DNA from: an uncultured Gammaproteobacteria bacterium
GTDB lineage: Bacteria > Patescibacteriota > Patescibacteriia > Magasanikbacterales > GWA2-37-8
NCBI GenBank assembly: GCA_964596525.1
Contig: CAZQUL010000001.1
Span: 742,509-806,508, forward strand
Length of the DNA: 64,000 nucleotides
Direction: 5' to 3'
Below the pieces are notes generated by a model, which was given only the letters and a program-made list of their open reading frames with translations, was not told where the DNA came from and searched no databases. Of this stretch, positions 39,076-49,235 are shown one piece after another; position 1 is the first letter of the stretch, and every line of letters begins with the position of its first letter. The position numbers and the translations under genes were made by a program.

Positions 39076-39122
39076 TGGAGGATGGGGTGCGAACATGTTT
39101 CGTATCCCTTGCTTAATTACTT

Positions 39123-39596
39123 ATGTATGAGCATATGCAAGCACGTCTAACCACCGACAAAGGAATTATCGTTATGGAATTGAGCGATAAGGCAACTCCT
39201 AAAACCGTTGAGAATTTTGTTTCGCTCGCCAAAAAAGGTTTTTACGATGGTACGATATTTCATCGCACCATCGCCGGGTTCATGATTCAGGGCGGTGATC
39301 CGAAAGGTGATGGTACGGGTGGGCCAGGATATAAATTTGATGACGAACCGTTTACGGGCGAATACACGCGCGGCACGGTCGCCATGGCGAACGCGGGGCC
39401 CAATACCAACGGCAGCCAGTTTTTCATCATGCATGCGGATATTAATTTACCCAAGAATTACGTGATTTTTGGTAGGGTCGTTGAAGGTCTTAATGTCGTT
39501 GATGCGATTGCGACCGCGCCCGTGACGTGGAGTAGGGGAGGTGAAAAATCGCAGCCGGTTGAAGCGGTAGTGGTGGAGAAGGTTGAAATATTGTAA
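39123..39596 (+). CDS. Cyclophilin-type peptidyl-prolyl isomerase
   Basis: FYDGTIFHR, FMIQGGDP, AMANAGPNTNGSQFFI. Confidence 0.96.
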   Translation: MYEHMQARLTTDKGIIVMELSDKATPKTVENFVSLAKKGFYDGTIFHRTIAGFMIQGGDPKGDGTGGPGYKFDDEPFTGEYTRGTVAMANAGPNTNGSQFFIMHADINLPKNYVIFGRVVEGLNVVDAIATAPVTWSRGGEKSQPVEAVVVEKVEIL

Positions 39597-39614
39597 TTTT
39601 ATTCTTTAACCAGT

Positions 39615-41165
39615 ATGTCTATGCGCGAAGGAGGAATTCCTGGATACAATCCTGTCGAAACGCCTGCTATACAAGAATCGTTTGCTAACATCGCCCGGAT
39701 GATTGCGGATCCTAAAGTGCATCTCGATGAAAAGTTGCCGTTCGTTACCCTAGAAAAAGGCGCAGATTTTTGGGGTAAATTCCACACCTTGGACGCTGGA
39801 GATCAAAAGAAAATCGTGTTTTCATTGTTGCGTGAAAACGCGGCACGGATCGTGTTGCGGCCTTTGGAGAAATTATATTCTCAGGGAGAATGCGCCATTT
39901 CGAAGCGTGAACTTTTCGAATGCGTCGTCAACGAGGCACCGTTTGGTAAGGAGCTCGTCTTGGAACACGCCGCGCTGTTCGCCGAAGTGATGGATCGGGA
40001 ATTCGTCGATTCGGTTATTAAGCACGGCTCGTACGGTGCGGTAACCGAACTTATGCGCCATGCGCGCGAGATTCCGTATGAAACCATTGACTCCTACGAA
40101 CTTTTAAGCGGTATTTTTGACCGGGGGCAAGATGACCCTTATTTTTACCGTCTCTACGCAACCTACGCGGCTCAGGCGCTTCCTCCTGACGGCGATCCTT
40201 TGCCGGCCACAGCTGCGCTTGAGATCGTGGAGAAACGGAGTTTAATACCTAAAAATCCGCATGAAAAGCGTCCGAACAACACGGAATCGGAGTATATCGT
40301 AGATACAGTAATGCGCAATGTGGCCGTGTTTGGCGATGAGTACGATGAAGATGATAACGGGGTGCGGCGGCGGTATTTTTCTGATCCGGTGGGGGAGGCT
40401 CTGTGGTATGAAATTACCGGCACCGGCACGCCAGAAGACGTCGACGCCTTTCTCTCGAATTTAGATACTCTTCGTCCGGTCGGTATTAGCGTGGAATATC
40501 TTCTTAATAAAGGACCGGCTTATGCTGCTGTCGTCGCGCGCCGGGCGCTCGATATCCATAATTTTTCTCGTTTTGAGTACGAGGATGTTGAGGCTTTTGC
40601 TGAGTTCGATCAGCTGAAACCACTTTTTTTGCAAGCAGAAGCGTTTGGTGAGCGTGTGCAACAGTTTATCCTTGGGAACATGGATAAGGAGGATGTAGAA
40701 GAACTGCTCTGGGAGCGTGAATGGCCGGCGTGGCTTGGCAAGCTCTGTGCGCGTGACGCTACGCTACGCTCTAATGTCATGGGACTGTATCAGGAATTCA
40801 TCTTCAGCGAATGTTCGCTTGAAGACGTTATTGACCATCTGGAGAATATTCCTGAGCAATTCTATTTTGAATTTTTGGTTACAAAGATGACTCAGGATAA
40901 CCTTATTAAAAAGGAACTTTCTCCTGAGTATTACTGGAAAATCGTGGAGGCATGCCCGGAAGCGCTTGAAATGGCGATCGACTTTACTTTTGGGCTTGAA
41001 CGTGAAGACTATGAGCGGTTACTTAACCTCGTTCCTGAAGGGAGTGTCTTGGGTGTGTATATGAATTTGCTTAAAAGTTTGCCACAGGAGGAACTGTCGG
41101 CCTGGAAAAAGGAGGATCCAGGACTTTTTGAGAAGCTCGATAAAGTGAATGCGCGGACGTTTTGA
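39615..41165 (+). CDS. Hypothetical acidic, helical protein
   Basis: 516-aa ORF with TATG start; no motif recognised. Confidence 0.75.
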   Translation: MSMREGGIPGYNPVETPAIQESFANIARMIADPKVHLDEKLPFVTLEKGADFWGKFHTLDAGDQKKIVFSLLRENAARIVLRPLEKLYSQGECAISKRELFECVVNEAPFGKELVLEHAALFAEVMDREFVDSVIKHGSYGAVTELMRHAREIPYETIDSYELLSGIFDRGQDDPYFYRLYATYAAQALPPDGDPLPATAALEIVEKRSLIPKNPHEKRPNNTESEYIVDTVMRNVAVFGDEYDEDDNGVRRRYFSDPVGEALWYEITGTGTPEDVDAFLSNLDTLRPVGISVEYLLNKGPAYAAVVARRALDIHNFSRFEYEDVEAFAEFDQLKPLFLQAEAFGERVQQFILGNMDKEDVEELLWEREWPAWLGKLCARDATLRSNVMGLYQEFIFSECSLEDVIDHLENIPEQFYFEFLVTKMTQDNLIKKELSPEYYWKIVEACPEALEMAIDFTFGLEREDYERLLNLVPEGSVLGVYMNLLKSLPQEELSAWKKEDPGLFEKLDKVNARTF

Positions 41166-41185
41166 TTTTTTCTTTTAATCTCCCT

Positions 41186-41902
41186 ATGTCCACCCTCATC
41201 TTCGATATCGAAACCGTCGGTGAAGATTTCGATTCTCTCGACGGCGCTTCGCAAAGCGTTCTAACCCGTTGGATAAAAGAACAAGCCGCCGCCGATGAAG
41301 AGCGTTACCAGCATAGTCTGGAAACCCTCAAAAACGGCATGGGCTTTTCGCCGCTCACCGGGTTTGTCGCCGCGATCGGCGTGTATGATCTGGAACGTTC
41401 TCGTGGTGCCGTGTATTTTCAGGCGCCCGAGAAAACCATTGAGGAACACGAAGTTGAGGGGTTTAAGTATTGCCAAAAAACTGAACCGGAGTTGCTGGAA
41501 ACGTTCTGGAATATAGCTGCCAAGTACGATGAGATCGTTACGTTTAACGGCCGCTGTTTCGATGTGCCCTTCCTCATGATTCGCTCGGCGGTTCATAATG
41601 TCAAACCAAGCTGCAACTTGCTTTCCCAGCGCTACATTGAGCGTCAGTACCAAGGTATCAAGCATGTGGATTTGTGCGACCAACTCAGTTTTTACGGGGC
41701 GATGTGGCGGCGGCCGAGCTTGCATATGGTTTGCCGTGCGTTTGGTGTGGAAAGCCCTAAGGCTCAAGGGGTGACTGGCGACGATGTGGCGGCTTTATAT
41801 CGGGGCGGTCAGTTCGAGGATATCGCCCGCTACAACGCCCGTGATCTGGTGGCTACGGCCGAAGTATACAAACGATGGTGTTCGATGCTCCGTTTTTGCT
41901 AA
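41186..41902 (+). CDS. RNase H-like 3'-5' exonuclease (PolB-exo/YprB-like)
   Basis: FDIET (ExoI), TFNGRCFD (ExoII), YNARD (ExoIII). Confidence 0.88.
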   Translation: MSTLIFDIETVGEDFDSLDGASQSVLTRWIKEQAAADEERYQHSLETLKNGMGFSPLTGFVAAIGVYDLERSRGAVYFQAPEKTIEEHEVEGFKYCQKTEPELLETFWNIAAKYDEIVTFNGRCFDVPFLMIRSAVHNVKPSCNLLSQRYIERQYQGIKHVDLCDQLSFYGAMWRRPSLHMVCRAFGVESPKAQGVTGDDVAALYRGGQFEDIARYNARDLVATAEVYKRWCSMLRFC

Positions 41903-41982
41903 TATAAGGGGGTGGAGCGTTATAAAAAAGCCGTCCGCGCATGCATAGACTTTTGTTTTTTTCTGCGTTATACTAGCCCCAT

Positions 41983-43944
41983 ATGACTGACCAAAACCCC
42001 CAACAACCCTATCTGGCGGACCCGAACGTCAATTACTTCGGGCTCACCAATTTCCGCAACCAATACCGCAAGTTCGGTATCAAGCTTGATGACCGTTTGC
42101 GTCACGTCTACGTGGTTGGTAAATCCGGTATGGGTAAAAGTACCTTGCTTGAAAACATGGTGCTTAACGATATTTACGCCGGGCATGGGGTGGGGCTCGT
42201 CGATCCGCACGGTGATTTCGCCGAAAAAGTGGTGGACTGCATTCCAGCACACCGCGTCAAAGATGTCGTCTATTTCAACCCGTGCGATCTTGAATTTCCG
42301 GTTGGCTTCAACATCCTCGAAGCAGTCGACCCGAATCGTCGCCACCTCATTGCCGACGGTCTGCGCGGCGTTTTCAAGAAAATTTGGCCCGATGTATGGA
42401 GCGCGCGTATGGAATACATCTTGGTCAACACGATTCTTGCGCTTCTCGAATATCCTGGAACAACGCTTTTGTCTATCAACCGACTGCTTGCCGACGATGA
42501 GTATCGTGACAAAGTCGTCGCCGAAGTGAAAGATCCGGCCGTCAAAGCGTTTTGGGAAAAAGAATTCGCCAATTATAACGATAAGTACAAGCAAGAAGCC
42601 GTAGCCCCGATCCAGAATAAAATCGGTCAGTTTTTGGCTGCATCCATCATCCGTAACATCGTGGCCCAACCCAAATCCACCATCAATATCCGCGAAATCA
42701 TGGATAGTAAGAAGATTTTCATCGTCAACTTGTCCAAAGGTCGCGTGGGTGAAGACAACTCTCGTTTGCTCGGCGCCATGTTGGTTACCAAGCTGTATCT
42801 TTCGGCCATGGAACGCGTCGACATCAAAGCCAAGGATCGCAAGCCGTTTTTCCTCTACGTCGACGAATTCCAGAACTTTGCTACCGAAAGTTTCGCAAGC
42901 ATTCTCTCCGAAGCGCGCAAATACGGCTTAAGCCTTACGGTCGCGCACCAGTATATGAAGCAGCTCGACGAAATGGTGCTCGATGCTATTATTGGTAACG
43001 TAGGTACCATGATTAGTTTCCGCGTCGGTTCCGGCGACTCCGAGATTTTGGCTAAAGAATTCATACCCACCTTTACGGAAGAAGATCTCATCAACCTGCC
43101 GAAATTCCAGATTTATCTTAAGCTCCTTATTGACGGCGTGGCGTCGCGGCCGTTTAGCGCCATGACCCTTCCGCCGGTTGTAGCGGCCACTGACAACACA
43201 CCGGCTGTTATTGCCTATGCGCACGAACATTACACCTCTAAACGTGCCGATATCGAACGCGAAGTGGCGGAATTAAGCGGTATCGTTACCCTTGATCCGA
43301 ACGTTGCTCAAGCGCTCGAAGTATCCGAAGAAGAGAGTGTCTATGCTGCACCGCCTGCGCGCACCGCTCCACCGCGCCGTGATGGTGGCGGGGGTGGTGG
43401 TAAACGTTTTGATGATCGCCGTGATGGAGGCAACCGTGGTGGTGGCTCGTACGGTGGTGATCGTGGTGGCGGTAGAAACCGCCAAGGCGGCAATGGGGGT
43501 GGGCAATTTGGGGGTGGCCAGCGCCGTGATGGTGGCGGTCGCAGCGACGGACGCCGTGACCGAGGAGATCGCGATTACAGCGCTCCGCGTCCGCCCGCGC
43601 CGCACGAAACAGAACAAGTACTGCTTGTTGACCCTAACCAAAAAGGCTTGTCGCTCAACGCCATCGCGTCACAGCGCACAGGTGCTGAGCAGCGTTCGGA
43701 TCGGCCGCGCCACCGGGATCGTGACCACCGAGGGCAGCAGGGTGGTAGCGAGCGTCTGCCGCGTGATCATCAAATGCCTCAAAGCCAGCATGCATCGGCC
43801 TCGTCTGCTCCTCAACCGAGCGTTAACCCTGAGCCTCGTCCGGTTCCTCCGGCACCCGCTCCGGTAACGCCTCTAGCACCTCCAGCGCCACCAGCCGCAC
43901 CACCTCAAGCTCCTCCTGCCAATCCGCCTGCTTCACAACCTTAA
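41983..43944 (+). CDS. VirD4/TraD/HerA-like P-loop ATPase with disordered RG/Pro-rich C-tail
   Basis: GKSGMGKS Walker A, DPHGD, LYVDEFQNF Walker B, SEARKY, AHQY. Confidence 0.88.
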   Translation: MTDQNPQQPYLADPNVNYFGLTNFRNQYRKFGIKLDDRLRHVYVVGKSGMGKSTLLENMVLNDIYAGHGVGLVDPHGDFAEKVVDCIPAHRVKDVVYFNPCDLEFPVGFNILEAVDPNRRHLIADGLRGVFKKIWPDVWSARMEYILVNTILALLEYPGTTLLSINRLLADDEYRDKVVAEVKDPAVKAFWEKEFANYNDKYKQEAVAPIQNKIGQFLAASIIRNIVAQPKSTINIREIMDSKKIFIVNLSKGRVGEDNSRLLGAMLVTKLYLSAMERVDIKAKDRKPFFLYVDEFQNFATESFASILSEARKYGLSLTVAHQYMKQLDEMVLDAIIGNVGTMISFRVGSGDSEILAKEFIPTFTEEDLINLPKFQIYLKLLIDGVASRPFSAMTLPPVVAATDNTPAVIAYAHEHYTSKRADIEREVAELSGIVTLDPNVAQALEVSEEESVYAAPPARTAPPRRDGGGGGGKRFDDRRDGGNRGGGSYGGDRGGGRNRQGGNGGGQFGGGQRRDGGGRSDGRRDRGDRDYSAPRPPAPHETEQVLLVDPNQKGLSLNAIASQRTGAEQRSDRPRHRDRDHRGQQGGSERLPRDHQMPQSQHASASSAPQPSVNPEPRPVPPAPAPVTPLAPPAPPAAPPQAPPANPPASQP

Positions 43945-43989
43945 TCCCTGTTTCATCTACGCCGTTACGTACGGTTACTCTGTTTAGGT

Positions 43990-45687
43990 ATGCGTTATTC
44001 CCATGTTTTCGGTAAAACCAGCAAAGAAGATATCAAAGGCTCGACCATGATAAGTCACCAGTTGCTCGTACGCGCTGGATTTATCCGCGAATCGGTCGCG
44101 GGTCGGTATTTCTTTTTGCCCCTCGGCTGGCGCGTGCATGATAAAATCAAAGCCGTCATCAAAGAAGAAATGGACAAAGCCGGCGCCCAAGAAATGATAA
44201 GCCCGGTGCTCCACCCGCTTGAGCTGTGGCAAGAAACCAATCGTACGTCATCGGCCGGATTTGAACTCATGAAAGTCACCGACCGGCGCGGCGCTGAATT
44301 TGCGCTCGGCGGTACGGCCGAAGAAATGTTCGTCGACGTGGTGCGCAAGTTCCAGCTCAGTTACCGAGATTTGCCGTTCAATATCTACCAATTCTCCACC
44401 AAATTCCGCGATGAAGCGCGGGCGCGCGGCGGGCTACTCCGCGTTCGCGAATTCGTAATGAAAGACGCGTACTCATTCCATCGCGATGCTGAAGACTTCA
44501 AAAAAACCTACGCGCTCATGGCTGAAACATATGAACGCATTTTTAAGCGCCTGGGCCTTGAAGCAAAATCCGTCGCGGCCGACAATGGCTACATCGGCGG
44601 TGAATACTGTCATGAATTCCAAGTCGAGCATGAGCTCGGTGAAGGACGGTTTTTCGTTTCCGCCGACGGCGCGTATAGCGCTCATGAAGATATTGCCGCT
44701 TTCCGCCGTGATGACAAAAATTCTTCTGCCACTCTTGAAGACTACCGCGAGGTGGCGGTCGAGCGCGGGGCGAGTATCGACGATGGTGTAAAAGCGCACG
44801 GTTTACCGGCCTGGCAGCAGCTCAAAAACGTTCTTTACGCCAACGAAAAAAACGAGCTTATCTTGGCTGTCATTCGCGGCGATCTGAACGTCAATGAAAC
44901 CAAGTTGCAAAAAGTATGTGGAGCGTATCAGCTGCGTCTCGCGACCGAAGACGAAGTGCGTGGCATCGGTTCGGAACCAGGCTTTATCTCGCCAGTCGGG
45001 CTCGAGAAAAAGGTAAAAATTGTTGGCGACATCTCGCTTGCGACGGTCAGGAATTTTTACGGCGGTGCTAATCGTACCAATACCGATGCGCTCAATATCA
45101 ATGTCGGACGCGATTTTATGCTGGCTCTCGAGGCAGATATTGCTATGGCTGAATCCGGTTTTACGACCGTTGACGGAACAAGCACGCTTGTCGAAAAACG
45201 GGGTATCGAGGTGGGGAATATTTTCCAGCTTGGTCACCATTACACCACCCTCATGAAGGGTGCTGAATTTATGGATGAAGACGGTAAAGCCAAACCGTAC
45301 TATATGGGTTGCTACGGTATTGGTTTGGGACGTACTATGGCCACTATCGTTGAAAAGCACCGCGACGAAAAAGGCATGATCTGGCCAGAGGTAGTTGCGC
45401 CGTTTCGCGTGCATGTTGTACAGCTCGGTGGTGATAGCGAAGTGCGCGCGTATGCTGAAAAAGTATATGCTGAACTTCAGGCTGCTCATATCGATGTTTT
45501 GTTGGATGACCGCGAGGGTCCGACTGCTGGCGAAAAATTTGCCGATGCGGATTTGATCGGCATTCCATATCGCATTGTTGTGTCCAAGAAAACCATGGCG
45601 CAGAGCGCGCTCGAGTTTAAAGAACGTCGTGGTGGCGAAGCGCGCTTGGTGTCGATGGATGAACTCTTCAAGCTGCTTGAGAAGTAG
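43990..45687 (+). CDS. proS: Proline--tRNA ligase (bacterial type with editing insertion)
   Basis: SHQLLVRAGFI, FRDEARARGGLLRVREFVMKDAYSF, MGCYGIG, DADLIGIP. Confidence 0.97.
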   Translation: MRYSHVFGKTSKEDIKGSTMISHQLLVRAGFIRESVAGRYFFLPLGWRVHDKIKAVIKEEMDKAGAQEMISPVLHPLELWQETNRTSSAGFELMKVTDRRGAEFALGGTAEEMFVDVVRKFQLSYRDLPFNIYQFSTKFRDEARARGGLLRVREFVMKDAYSFHRDAEDFKKTYALMAETYERIFKRLGLEAKSVAADNGYIGGEYCHEFQVEHELGEGRFFVSADGAYSAHEDIAAFRRDDKNSSATLEDYREVAVERGASIDDGVKAHGLPAWQQLKNVLYANEKNELILAVIRGDLNVNETKLQKVCGAYQLRLATEDEVRGIGSEPGFISPVGLEKKVKIVGDISLATVRNFYGGANRTNTDALNINVGRDFMLALEADIAMAESGFTTVDGTSTLVEKRGIEVGNIFQLGHHYTTLMKGAEFMDEDGKAKPYYMGCYGIGLGRTMATIVEKHRDEKGMIWPEVVAPFRVHVVQLGGDSEVRAYAEKVYAELQAAHIDVLLDDREGPTAGEKFADADLIGIPYRIVVSKKTMAQSALEFKERRGGEARLVSMDELFKLLEK

Positions 45688-45692
45688 CGCGT

Positions 45693-45926
45693 ATGACTGT
45701 CACGCTCTATTCAACCCCTACGTGTCCATTTTGCCACCAAACCCGTGAATTCCTGACCAATGCCGGTATTGTCTTCACCGACTATAACGTGGCGGATGAT
45801 GATGTAGCGCGTGGTTATATGATCGAAAAGTCCGGCAAAACCGCTGTGCCGGTCATTGATATCGACGGGCAGATCGTTGTCGGATTCAACGAAGAATTGC
45901 TCCGTGCTCTCCTTCATCTAACCTAG
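45693..45926 (+). CDS. Glutaredoxin-like protein (NrdH/YruB)
   Basis: YSTPTCPFC, VPVIDI, VGF. Confidence 0.92.
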   Translation: MTVTLYSTPTCPFCHQTREFLTNAGIVFTDYNVADDDVARGYMIEKSGKTAVPVIDIDGQIVVGFNEELLRALLHLT

Positions 45927-45940
45927 TTTTCTTTATCCGT

Positions 45941-46555
45941 ATGGCCTACGAAGTGGTATTCGATATCGAAACCCAAAACACGTTTTTCGATGTTGCTAAC
46001 GATATCACGAAACTCAAAGTTTCGGTCGTTTCGCTGTATCGTTCGGATACAGGGAGTTATCACAGCTTTACCGTTGATGAACTTAACAAGCTCTGGACTG
46101 TTTTTGAGCATGCCGATCGTCTTATCGGATTCAACAGCGAGCACTTTGATTTGCCGGTCTTGAACAACTATTATCCTGGTAATCTGCTCGAATTTCCGCA
46201 CCTCGATTTGCTCAAGAAAGTAAAAGAAAGCCTTGGTATCCGTCTCAAACTTAAAGATCTGGCCGAAGCCACGCTTGACAATGTCACGAAAAGCGCCGAT
46301 GGTTTGCAGGCTATCAAGTGGTGGAAAGAGGGGAATATCGCCGATATCATTAAATACTGCGAGCAGGACGTAAAAGTAACCAAAGAACTGTACGATTTTG
46401 GCCGCGAACATGGGCAGTTGTTCTACAAGTCGCTTACCGGAGAAACATTGCCGTTTGCTATCGATTTTGGACCTGTCGCGCACCAAACAGGGGCAGGAGC
46501 TGTCGAAAAGGCTTCGGCTACTCCGAAAAGCATCAATCTTACCTTACCTTTTTAA
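45941..46555 (+). CDS. RNase H-like domain protein (YprB-like exonuclease)
   Basis: FDIET, GFNSEHFD, YCEQDV. Confidence 0.88.
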   Translation: MAYEVVFDIETQNTFFDVANDITKLKVSVVSLYRSDTGSYHSFTVDELNKLWTVFEHADRLIGFNSEHFDLPVLNNYYPGNLLEFPHLDLLKKVKESLGIRLKLKDLAEATLDNVTKSADGLQAIKWWKEGNIADIIKYCEQDVKVTKELYDFGREHGQLFYKSLTGETLPFAIDFGPVAHQTGAGAVEKASATPKSINLTLPF

Positions 46556-46560
46556 TCACT

Positions 46561-46914
46561 ATGAGCGGGCTGCTCTTTACCCTCTGGCGGGATGTTTTAG
46601 CGATTGTGCCGCTTATTGTCGGCACGGGGTTAACAGCCTTTATCTGGCTTGAAGCTTTCATAACCATTCGTCCGACAACGGCGGTTGTCTTTTTGCATCG
46701 CAGTATTCTTTCGGGTGTGACGCTCACTGGCGAGTGGTGGCAGCTCTTTTTCGTACCTCTTGCCGCGACGATGTTATGGCTTACCGAAGTGATACTTTCC
46801 TTCGTATTTCATGCTCATAACAAAACTTTGATCCGGTTGCTTCTCACCGTTGGGTGCGGAGCGCTTCTTGGATGGTGGTGGGGTTTCCATCGCATTTTGC
46901 TTATTAATTACTAG
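46561..46914 (+). CDS. Small membrane protein (about 3 TM)
   Basis: Hydrophobic ORF tightly packed between neighbouring genes. Confidence 0.7.
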   Translation: MSGLLFTLWRDVLAIVPLIVGTGLTAFIWLEAFITIRPTTAVVFLHRSILSGVTLTGEWWQLFFVPLAATMLWLTEVILSFVFHAHNKTLIRLLLTVGCGALLGWWWGFHRILLINY

Positions 46915-46916
46915 AT

Positions 46917-48056
46917 ATGGCCGGAGCACTGCAAGGAGGCGGGTTGGAACGCAAGCTGCTCGGCGCGCTCTTGGTTTTGGTGGTAGTCGGTTTAGCGGTG
47001 TTGACCTCAGCCAGCACGCCGCTCGCGTTCAGCAATTCTGCCTTGCAGGACGGCTATTTTTTTGTTAAACGACAAATCTTGTTCGGTTTGCTTCCGGGAT
47101 TGGTGCTTTTTTTCGTCAATTGTTTCATTCCCACAGCATGGTGGCGTCGTCTTGGGCCCGTTATGTATGGTGCATCGCTCCTCCTGCTGATACTTGTATT
47201 TGTGCCGGGGTTTGGCCTTACTATTAATGGGTCACATAGCTGGCTCGCTATTGGATCGTTTACGTTTCAGCCGGCGGAACTGGCTAAAGCCGGCCTTATT
47301 GGGTTTATGGCCGCGTTTCTAGCCCAGCGTGCACCCGGCTGGGAAGATCCCAAAGACGATCTTGTTCCGCTTTTGGTGTGGATTGCGGTGCCTATTTTCT
47401 TTATCCTCCTCCAGGGCGATTTAGGTTCGGCGGTGATCGTTTCGGCAATTGCCTTTACTATGCTTTTCGCGGCTCGGTTGCCGCTTAAATATTTGGCGGC
47501 GATCGCCGGTGTGGCGCTTATTGGCGCTATGCTTATGGTTGTCATCGCGCCACATCGCATTAATCGCATCTTGGCGTTTATCAACCCCGATCTTGTCACC
47601 GAAGAACGTTTCCGCTATCAAATCGATCAGGCCACGCTCGCCATTGGTTCGGGTGGTTTCTGGGGTGTTGGTTTCGGCCATTCGCGCCAGAAATTCCAGT
47701 ACCTGCCCGAAGTCAACGCCGATTCCATCTTTGCAGTGTATGCCGAAGAGATGGGGTTTGTCGGTTCGCTCGCGCTTATTACACTCATCGTGAGTATTGG
47801 TTTTTTGGCGCTGCGTTCGGCAAGCCGCACGCCAGATCCGCTGGGAAAATACCTGATTATCGGCGTGGCCTCCTGGTTTCTGTGGCAATCGTTCTTTAAT
47901 ATCGGCGGCATTACGCGCGCCATGCCGTTAACCGGCGTGCCGCTTCCGCTTGTAAGTCACGGCGGATCGGCATATCTTATGATGCTCGCGGCGTTTGGTA
48001 TCGTGGTGGGGGCGAGCAGAAATGCCAGAGGGACGAGAGATCATTCTTCAAGATAA
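46917..48056 (+). CDS. ftsW: SEDS family peptidoglycan polymerase FtsW
   Basis: FQPAELAK, QGDLGS, YLPEVNADSIFAVYAEEMG, PLTGVPLPLVSHGGS. Confidence 0.93.
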   Translation: MAGALQGGGLERKLLGALLVLVVVGLAVLTSASTPLAFSNSALQDGYFFVKRQILFGLLPGLVLFFVNCFIPTAWWRRLGPVMYGASLLLLILVFVPGFGLTINGSHSWLAIGSFTFQPAELAKAGLIGFMAAFLAQRAPGWEDPKDDLVPLLVWIAVPIFFILLQGDLGSAVIVSAIAFTMLFAARLPLKYLAAIAGVALIGAMLMVVIAPHRINRILAFINPDLVTEERFRYQIDQATLAIGSGGFWGVGFGHSRQKFQYLPEVNADSIFAVYAEEMGFVGSLALITLIVSIGFLALRSASRTPDPLGKYLIIGVASWFLWQSFFNIGGITRAMPLTGVPLPLVSHGGSAYLMMLAAFGIVVGASRNARGTRDHSSR

Positions 48057-48108
48057 AGGGCTTACCACCTCGAACGCGATCGTATTTTTTTGATTACGGC
48101 TACTTTAT

Positions 48109-49122
48109 ATGACTATTCTTGTCACCGGCGCGGCCGGTTTCATGGGTTCACATTTCGTTAAGTATATCCTCGAGCGCTACACGGCGTATCGCGTGGTAGT
48201 TTTAGACAAACTCACCTATGCCGGAAATCTCGACAACCTTAAAGATATTGCGCTCAATCCGCGTTATTCGTTCGTTCAGGGCGATATCGCGGATCCGGGC
48301 ACGCTGCAAAAAGTCTTCAGCCAGTTTGCTATCGACATGGTTGTTAATTATGCTGCCGAGACTCATGTGGACCGCTCGGTTACGGATCCGGCTGCCTTTC
48401 TTAAGACCAATATTTTCGGCACGTACTATCTGCTCGAGGCAGTGCGGCAGTTTGAAGTAAAAAAATTCGTTCAGATTTCGACTGACGAAGTGTTTGGGAG
48501 CGTGCATGAAGGTGCTTTCACCGAAGAGACTGCTATGGCGCCCAACAGCCCGTATTCTGCCGCTAAGGCTGGTGGCGACCTGCTGTGCCGCTCCTACTTT
48601 GTGACGCATAAAACGCCGGTCATTGTTACGCATAGCTGTAACGTATATGGTCCGAATCAGTATCCCGAGAAGTTCATCCCTCTTTTTATTACTAATCTTA
48701 TCGAAGAGAAAAAGGTGCCGCTCTACGGCGACGGACTTAACGTGCGCGAGTGGATATATGTCCTCGATCATTGCCGTGCAGTAGATGTGATACTCCACAA
48801 CGGTAAGCTGGGCGAAGTGTACAACATCGGTTCCGGCGAAGAAAAAAGCAATCGCGCAGTTGTTGATGTGCTGCTGGGTGCGATGGGTAAAGGCGAGGAT
48901 ATGGTTAATTACGTGAAAGATCGCCCGGGGCACGACCGTCGGTACGCGATTGACCACAGCAAACTCGCGCGTGAGCTTGGTTGGCAGCCAGAGGTCAGAT
49001 TCGAAGAAGGTCTTAAAATTACCATCGAGTGGTACAAGAATAACGAATGGTGGTGGAAGAAGATCAAAAACGGTGAATATCGCGAGTATTACGAACGGCA
49101 GTACGGGAAGGGGAATGAGTGA
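48109..49122 (+). CDS. rfbB: dTDP-glucose 4,6-dehydratase
   Basis: DKLTYAGN, AAETHVDRS, STDEV, YSAAK, DRPGHDRRYA. Confidence 0.96.
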   Translation: MTILVTGAAGFMGSHFVKYILERYTAYRVVVLDKLTYAGNLDNLKDIALNPRYSFVQGDIADPGTLQKVFSQFAIDMVVNYAAETHVDRSVTDPAAFLKTNIFGTYYLLEAVRQFEVKKFVQISTDEVFGSVHEGAFTEETAMAPNSPYSAAKAGGDLLCRSYFVTHKTPVIVTHSCNVYGPNQYPEKFIPLFITNLIEEKKVPLYGDGLNVREWIYVLDHCRAVDVILHNGKLGEVYNIGSGEEKSNRAVVDVLLGAMGKGEDMVNYVKDRPGHDRRYAIDHSKLARELGWQPEVRFEEGLKITIEWYKNNEWWWKKIKNGEYREYYERQYGKGNE

Positions 49123-49235
49123 TAAGGTCTGGGGAATTAGGAGCGTTAGGTAAAGATATTTTCTACGCACCAGCATCTTGCGGATTGGAGAAGGTTGTAT
49201 ATGCTTTGGGAAGTAGTCATTTTTTGAATCATAGT

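Noticed and set aside
41983-43944. Conjugative element implied by the VirD4-like ATPase
   Set aside because: No relaxase, integrase or T4SS genes nearby; it is embedded among housekeeping genes with a core-type start
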